Below, in pieces: positions 57,590 through 64,000 of a DNA stretch of 64,000 bases. The number at the start of each line of letters is the position of its first letter. Position 1 is the first letter of the stretch. The translations under genes were made by a program, and so were the position numbers. Origin of the DNA: Octopus sinensis (Eukaryota); assembly GCF_006345805.1 (NCBI RefSeq), contig NC_043000.1, positions 40,920,001 through 40,984,000 of the forward strand, written 5' to 3'. The notes beneath the pieces were generated by a model. The model was not told the origin of the DNA, made no database searches, and was given only the letters and a program-made list of their open reading frames with translations.

Positions 57590-58603
57590 GCGGAAGTCAA
57601 TTGCATCAATACCTAAGTTCAACTAGTACTTATTTTATAGATCCGAAAGGATGAATGGTAAAGTCGACCTTGGCGGAATTTGAACTTGTTGCGTAAAGAC
57701 AGACAAAATACCTATTTCTTTAGTACCCACAAGGGGCTAAACACAGAGAGAACAAACAAGGACAGACAAACAGATTAAGTCGATTATATCGACCCGAGTG
57801 CTTAACTGGTACTTATTTAATCGACCCCGAAAGGATGAAAGGCAAAATCGACCTTGGCGGAATTTGAACTCAGATCGTAGCGGTAGATGAAATACTTATT
57901 TCTTTACTACCCACAAGGGGCTAAACACAGAGGGGACAAACAAGGACAGACAGACGGATTAAGTCGATTATATCGACTCCTGTGAGTAACTGGTACTTAT
58001 TTAATCGACCCCGAAAGGATGAAAGGCAAAGTCGACCTCGGCGGAATCTGAACTCAGAATGTAGCGGCAGACGAAATACCGCTAAGCATTTTGACAGCTT
58101 GCCATGTTAAAAAGTAGCAATAATAATAATCCTTTCTACCTTAGACACAAGGCCTGAAATTGGGTGGGAGGGGACTAGTCGATTACATAGATCCCAGAGT
58201 TTCACTGGTACATAATTTATTGACCCTGAATGGATGAAAGACAAAGTCAACCTCGGCGGAATTTGAACTCAAGCCGTAGCAACAGACGAAATGCCTCTAA
58301 GCATTTCGTTCAGCGTACTAACGATTCTTATTTCTTTATTGCCCACAAGAGGCCACAGACAGAGGAGACAAACAAGGACAGACAAATGGATTAAGTCGAT
58401 TATATCGATTACAGTGTGTAACTGGTACTTATTTAATCGACCCCGAAAGGATGAAAGGCAAAATCGACCTCGGCGGAATTTGAACTCATAACGTAACGGC
58501 AGACGAAATACCGCTACGCATTTCGCTCGGCGTGGTAACGTTTCTGCCACCTCGCCGCCTTAGTAATTATAATAATAATAATAAAATAATAATAATAATA
58601 ATA

Positions 58604-58637
<34 letters not shown>

Positions 58638-59075
58638 TGTGATAATGGTTTCAAATTTTATCACACGGGCAACCATTTTCGGTGAGGGGATAATTCGATT
58701 ACATCGATCCCAGGACTCAACTGGTACTCAATTTATCAACCCCGAAATGATGAAAGGCAATGTCAACTTGCGCGGAATTTGAACCCAGAATGTAGCGACG
58801 CGCGAAATACCCCTAAGCATTTTGTCCAGTGTGCTAACGATCTGCCAACTTGCCGCCTTAGTAATAATGATAATAATAATCCTTTCTACTATAGGCACAA
58901 GGACTGGATTTTTATGGGGACGGGGAGAGTCGATCACGTTGACCCCATTACTTGACTGGTACCTAATTTACCGACCCCGAAAGGATGAAAGGCAAAGTCG
59001 ACCTCGGCGGAAGTTGAACTCAGAACTTAGTGACAGGCCAAGTACCGCTAAGCATTTCGTGCAGCACGCTAACAA
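57590..59075 (-). mobile_element. Head-to-tail stack of ~7 family B SINE units
   Basis: Core gaaaggatgaaaggcaaagtcgacctcggcggaatttgaactc recurs about every 180-300 bp. Confidence 0.9.
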
Positions 59076-59082
59076 TTAGTTT

Positions 59083-59131
<49 letters not shown>

Positions 59132-59852
59132 TGTAAATGCCCTGGTGCAGTACCAGACAGTGGCTCTCATGGCTTCTTATCTTAACTGATTAGAAGTGTT
59201 ATCATGTACATTGTTTCGCATTGGTATAAAAATGGGCTACTGCAAATATTCTGCTCAATACCACAGAATTGCTTGTCAATTGTTTGACCATAACCGGGAT
59301 TAAGTTACGATTATTAAGCTAATCAAGTTCTTTATTTCAAACCAAACTAAGTAATATAGACGTCAAATTTGGGCGAAATCCGTTGAAATTAGTTATAATA
59401 TATATATATATTATATATTAGAAGAAATGAGGTACTCAGAAAATCGGATGGTTTATATTTACAGATATTTTTTGTATATTACATTTTTTATACATCATAT
59501 AACTTAGATTATGTATTAGCGCTTTCTCCCATTCTAGTGGGGTTCCTGTGTGAAAAGTTTTGACCATTTTATAGTGGTATTGAGCTCGTAGTGGTGGGGA
59601 GGAATATAAGACTGTACAAGAGGGTGATGGATGAGGAGAAAGTGAGAGAGAGAGGGAGCATATGTGTGTGTGTGTTTTTGCTTTTGGAAAACACACACAC
59701 ACACACACATGTTCTTTCTCTCTCACTTTCTCCTCATCCATAACCCTCTTGTACAGTCTTATATTCCTCCCCACCACTACAAACTCAATACCACTATAAA
59801 ATGGTCAAAACTTTTCACACACAAACTTAGTTTGATTTGAAAACCCCACTAG

Positions 59853-61676
59853 TTAGTTAGTTAGTTAGTTAATTTGGCTCAAAAGCAAATAGCAAGGCCA
59901 TGTAGGGGGACATGGAGTTAAGTACAGGGTGGTGTTCATGTAAAGAGTTCAGGCCACTTGAGGTCCAGGGAGGCTTTGAACAAAGCGGTCGTCGGCATCT
60001 TCACCATCTCGTCTGGCAGCTTGTTCCACGGATCCGCAACCCGGACGGAGAAAGCTCCTCTCCTTCGATTGAGATGAAATCGTCGCAGGTAGAGCTTTTC
60101 GGAATGACCCCGCAGCCGACGCTCCGGAGCAGGAGTGAAGAACAGCTCTTTCGAGAGGTTACACTTCCCGCTTATGATGTTGTGGGCGAGAATGAGATCA
60201 CCACGGCGGCGGCGTTTTTCAAGAGAACAAAGGTCGAGCGTCCTCAGCCTTTCTTCGTAGGACAAATTTTTGAGACCATGAACCATGCGGGTAGCCAGCC
60301 TCTGGACTCTTTCGAGGTGCTGTATGTCTTTGAGGAGATAAGGAGAAGAGGCTTGAATCCCATACTCCAATATGGGTCTCACCAGCGTGACATAGAGTGG
60401 CAGGAATATGGCTGCTGTGAGCATTCCGAATGACCGTCGAATCAAAAACAGAATTCCGCGCGCTTTGTTGGCAGCATGGACGCACTGGGCCGAAGGCGAA
60501 AAAGAGGAATCCACCAAGATACCCAGGTCCTTTACCTGATCGGTCCTCTCCAGCAGCAGACGACCCGGCTCGAAATCAAGTTGAGTTGCAGGAGTAGAGC
60601 CGACAGGCAGATGACAGCACTTTGACACGTTCAGACACAGGTCCCAATCGTTAGACCACTTCCAAATTTGGTGGAGGCATCGACGAAGATTCTCTATACT
60701 ACCGCGAGGAGCGACCAGTTTGATATCGTCGGCAAATAGAAGGGTGTGTTGCGTGAGGTCGTCGGGCAAGTCATTTATGAAGACTAAGAACAACAAGGGC
60801 CCAAGCACTGAACCTTGAGGCACGCCACTGCTCGCACTGGAGACGTCGGACCGCGAACCATTAACTTGAACTTGGAAGGAGCGATCTGAGAGGAAGGCAC
60901 CAACCCATCGTACAATATCCGGATGGAAACTATATGCTTGAAGCTTGACAAGTAGTAGGCGGTGGTTTACCGAGTCAAAAGCTTTGGCAAAGTCCAATAA
61001 AACGATGTCAACAGCATCACTATCATCGAGGATGCGCGTCACTAATTCTTCCATTACTAGTAAGTTGGTCAAGCATGATCTCTTCGGCACGAAGCCGTGT
61101 TGGGAATCAGTGATCGAGGCTGTGTTTAGGAGGTGGAGCATCATACTTTTCTTAAGGATGGTTTCGAACATCTTGCTGATTATTGATGTAAGGGAAACCG
61201 GTCGGTAGTTAAGCGGGTCTTCGCGGCTCCCTTTCTTGAAAATTGGGCAGATTATCGCTGTTCTCCAGTCTGCAGGTATAACACCCGTCGCCAATGACAT
61301 ATTGAATAGTCGTGTTAAGGGCTCGCAGATGACCGGAGCCAACGCTTTGATAACCCGTGGGTGTATGCCGTCAGGGCCGTGACCCTTGTTGACATCGAGG
61401 CCTTGAATAACACGCTTGACTTGGTCCCGCGTGATGATCAATCGAAGCATTGGAGGTACCGATCTATCAAATGGAGGGGGTTCACGACCATCATCTTGTT
61501 TGAAAATAGTTGAAAAAGCCTCGGCAAATAATTGACTCTGTTGATAAGGGTCCTCAATCGATACGCCTGTTGAGTCTACCAACGTTGCAATCTGGTTGTT
61601 CAAGCGGGAATTCCGCTGGACATGGGCAAAGAAGGGTTTTGGATTGCTACTGGCATTTGCCGCGATTTTGTATTCA
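59853..61676 (-). mobile_element. Young 5'-truncated CR1-group LINE with (TAAC)n tail
   Basis: Uninterrupted RT frame, short 3' UTR, (ttag)n at 59853-59870 on +, TAG shared at both junctions. Confidence 0.95.
59936..61675 (-). CDS. LINE ORF2 reverse transcriptase, 5'-truncated (no endonuclease, no true start)
   Basis: NPKPFFAHV, GPDGIHP, NYRPVSLTS, QHGF, LDFAKAFDSVNH, GVPQGSVLGPLLF, LFADD, KDLG. Confidence 0.93.
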   Translation of the reverse strand, partial: EYKIAANASSNPKPFFAHVQRNSRLNNQIATLVDSTGVSIEDPYQQSQLFAEAFSTIFKQDDGREPPPFDRSVPPMLRLIITRDQVKRVIQGLDVNKGHGPDGIHPRVIKALAPVICEPLTRLFNMSLATGVIPADWRTAIICPIFKKGSREDPLNYRPVSLTSIISKMFETILKKSMMLHLLNTASITDSQHGFVPKRSCLTNLLVMEELVTRILDDSDAVDIVLLDFAKAFDSVNHRLLLVKLQAYSFHPDIVRWVGAFLSDRSFQVQVNGSRSDVSSASSGVPQGSVLGPLLFLVFINDLPDDLTQHTLLFADDIKLVAPRGSIENLRRCLHQIWKWSNDWDLCLNVSKCCHLPVGSTPATQLDFEPGRLLLERTDQVKDLGILVDSSFSPSAQCVHAANKARGILFLIRRSFGMLTAAIFLPLYVTLVRPILEYGIQASSPYLLKDIQHLERVQRLATRMVHGLKNLSYEERLRTLDLCSLEKRRRRGDLILAHNIISGKCNLSKELFFTPAPERRLRGHSEKLYLRRFHLNRRRGAFSVRVADPWNKLPDEMVKMPTTALFKASLDLKWPELFT

Positions 61677-62859
61677 TAGAATGGGAGAAAGCACTAATAC
61701 ATGATCTAAGTTATATGATGTATAAAAAATGTAATATACAAATAAATATCTGTAAATATAAACCATCCGATTTTCTGAGTACCTCATTTCTTCTAATATA
61801 AAATACCTGTACATCATCTCCAAACCTTCCAATATTATATATTATATATTATATTATATATATATAATATTATATATAATATTATATTATATATATATTA
61901 TATATTATATAATATTATATAAATATATATGGGCAATAGACACGAACACACATACATACATGTACGTACGTACACCTATTACATGTTTTGTGCACGCATA
62001 CATGTTCATAAACAGAAATGAATGGAAAAAATATTGTTACATTTGTAGATTAACAGTCGCACGATTTTCACTAAAGTATATATACTATGATTATAAAATA
62101 TAGTGTCTTTCAAAACAAAAAACAAAACATTTTACATTTTATTTTTTATGAACGTAATAACTTACTCTCTATCTCTCCCTCTCTCACTTTGTCTTTCCCG
62201 TGAAACTCTCTGCCTCCTTCCTCCACTTTTCTTTATCTAATTTTTTTTGTTAGACGCCATCAAAAAAGCCAAGGCTGATATTTTTCGTGGCTAAGAGCTA
62301 TGTCTGAAAATAGGTATTTACGCTACCCACGAGTGCCTTGGGGTAAAAAATAAGTTGACAAAACCCAGATAGGATGTTGACAAATGTCCTCCTAAAATTT
62401 GAGCGGCACGCGTGCTAATTTGTGGACGTGCATAAATTAAAATCACGTACACACACGCACACACATCCTCCCTGTTATAGACTGCTGTGTGTGAGCAGTG
62501 CGATGTCTCGCTCAGTGCGGCACCGTATTTTCAATTATACCACACTGAGAAGAATCTGTAAATACACTGTAAACTTCCTGGTATGGAAAGTTATGTAGTT
62601 ACTAAATGGCCTAATACCGGCACAGAGCACAGACTGTCAGTATTAAATCCGTCTGCAAGGAGTTTTCACAAATCTGAATTTGGTTATTTGAAAATAATTT
62701 ATCTGTATATCTAATTATCTATTTATCTTGCTAACTATCTGTGTACTTTTCTTTCTATCGACCTGGTAAAGCATTTATATCTAATAACGATGATGCTGAT
62801 GCTGATGCTGACGACGACGACGACGACAACGATGATGATGATGATGATGATGATCGTGG

Positions 62860-63040
62860 TAATTTCAAAGTTAGACACAAGGCCAGCAATTTCGGGCGAG
62901 AGGATAAGTCGATTACATCTACTCCAGTGTTTCACTGGTACTTAATTTATCGACCTCGAAAGAATGAAAGGCAAAGTCGACCACGGCAGAATTTGAACTC
63001 AGAACGTAAAGATGGACGAAATGCTGCTACGCATTTTCAC
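62860..63040 (-). mobile_element. Family B SINE fragment
   Basis: gaaagaatgaaaggcaaagtcgaccacggcagaatttgaactc. Confidence 0.8.
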
Positions 63041-63499
63041 CGGTGTAAACTGAATAATTGCAGTGTCTGAGAGTGGTCATGGTCATTGAACTGGAACACG
63101 TAAAATAGTAAGACAGTAAGATCTAATGCTATTTGCTAAAGTAAGTTAAGTATCAGTTGATGTATCCAACTATTCAACTTCCTATCTTCTATCAACCGAT
63201 ATATCTATCTATATACATAGATAGATATATCGTCAGTTAGACGATTATACTTTCACAAAGTAAACGTAATGTAATAAGTTATGGATTGGAGCATGTCGAC
63301 TGCGTGATCCCGTCCATTGACTGGTATGTATTTTACTGACACCAGAATAATGAAAGATAAAGTCAACCTCAAAATGGTTTTTAACGAAGTACATAAAAGG
63401 ACGCACTTAAATAACCATCGGTGTTTCTTTCACGATGTACTACCGATTCTGTGATTTCCCCACTGTGTTGGGGAAATTAATTATTAGGTGAACTTCTAG

Positions 63500-64000
63500 A
63501 AATGGGGGCAATGATTTCGGTGGTGGTAGCAGCGGTGGGACCGGCGAGGCAGTGGGGACCTGAGACGGTGGGGGCCTGCGGCGGGGGAAGCAGTGGCAAA
63601 CTGCAGCGGCGTCGGCAGCGAGCGTGACAGTGGCAGCGAGTACGACAACGTCGGCTGGGGCAGCAGCGACGGCGCAGCGGTGGCAGCAATGACGACACAG
63701 CAGCAGTGGTAGCAGCAGCTGCGGCAGCGACGGCAGCGATACCAACGGCAGTGGCAGCGACAGCAGTGACACCGACGGCTGCGGTAGCGACGGCAACGGC
63801 GAGAGAGACGGAAGCAGCGAGAGCCGCGGAAGCAGCGAGAGCCGCGGGAGCGGCGAGAGCGGGCGATGTGGCGAGAGCAGCGGAAGCAGTGAAAACAGCG
63901 ACAACTGTGGCAGCGGCGGTAGTCATGATAGCAGCAGAGGGGGGGGGAGAAGTATCAGGATTAACGACCATAGCAGCGGTGCATTGGCGGTGGCTTTAGT
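63500..64000. repeat. GC-rich degenerate trinucleotide/18-mer repeat
   Basis: (gca/gcg/gtg)n with gcagcgagagccgcgg(a/g)a units at ~63814-63890. Confidence 0.7.

Larger units (their letters stand above)
59414..61800. mobile_element. Foldback/palindromic element (~265-bp arms, centre ~59682) with its right arm split by a LINE
   Basis: Left arm 59414-59678 is the reverse complement of 59687-59852 plus 61677-61800. Confidence 0.9.

Noticed and set aside
59912-61208. Plus-strand ORFs 59912-60433 and 60945-61208
   Set aside because: Antisense shadows of the LINE RT frame.
62541-62555. 15-nt minus-strand micro-exon candidate (DSSQC)
   Set aside because: Weak donor gtataa and no supporting context.

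Overview
AT-rich, microsatellite- and transposon-dense animal genomic DNA; the SINE families and repeat mix point to an octopus (coleoid cephalopod) genome (inference). Nearly all ORF-track entries are translated microsatellites. Mobile elements include a Gypsy integrase remnant with LTRs, Neptune-type Penelope elements, stacked Dong/R4 LINEs, Hero-, RTE- and CR1-type LINEs (one young with an open RT frame), Helitrons, hAT/MITE elements and many SINEs. The main discovery is a hidden minus-strand array of seven micro-exons (36-51 nt, all multiples of 3, all TTTTCAG|...G|GTAATT, all open in phase 1) spread over 1996-25192. Each sits in a homologous intronic cassette. Spliced together they give a 101-aa Gly/Ser/His/Tyr-rich modular peptide. 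The array appears to grow by segmental duplication, and in at least one duplicate pair the exon has diverged far more than its flanking intron. The start and stop exons were not identified, and there is no expression evidence. Boundaries of decayed repeats are approximate.
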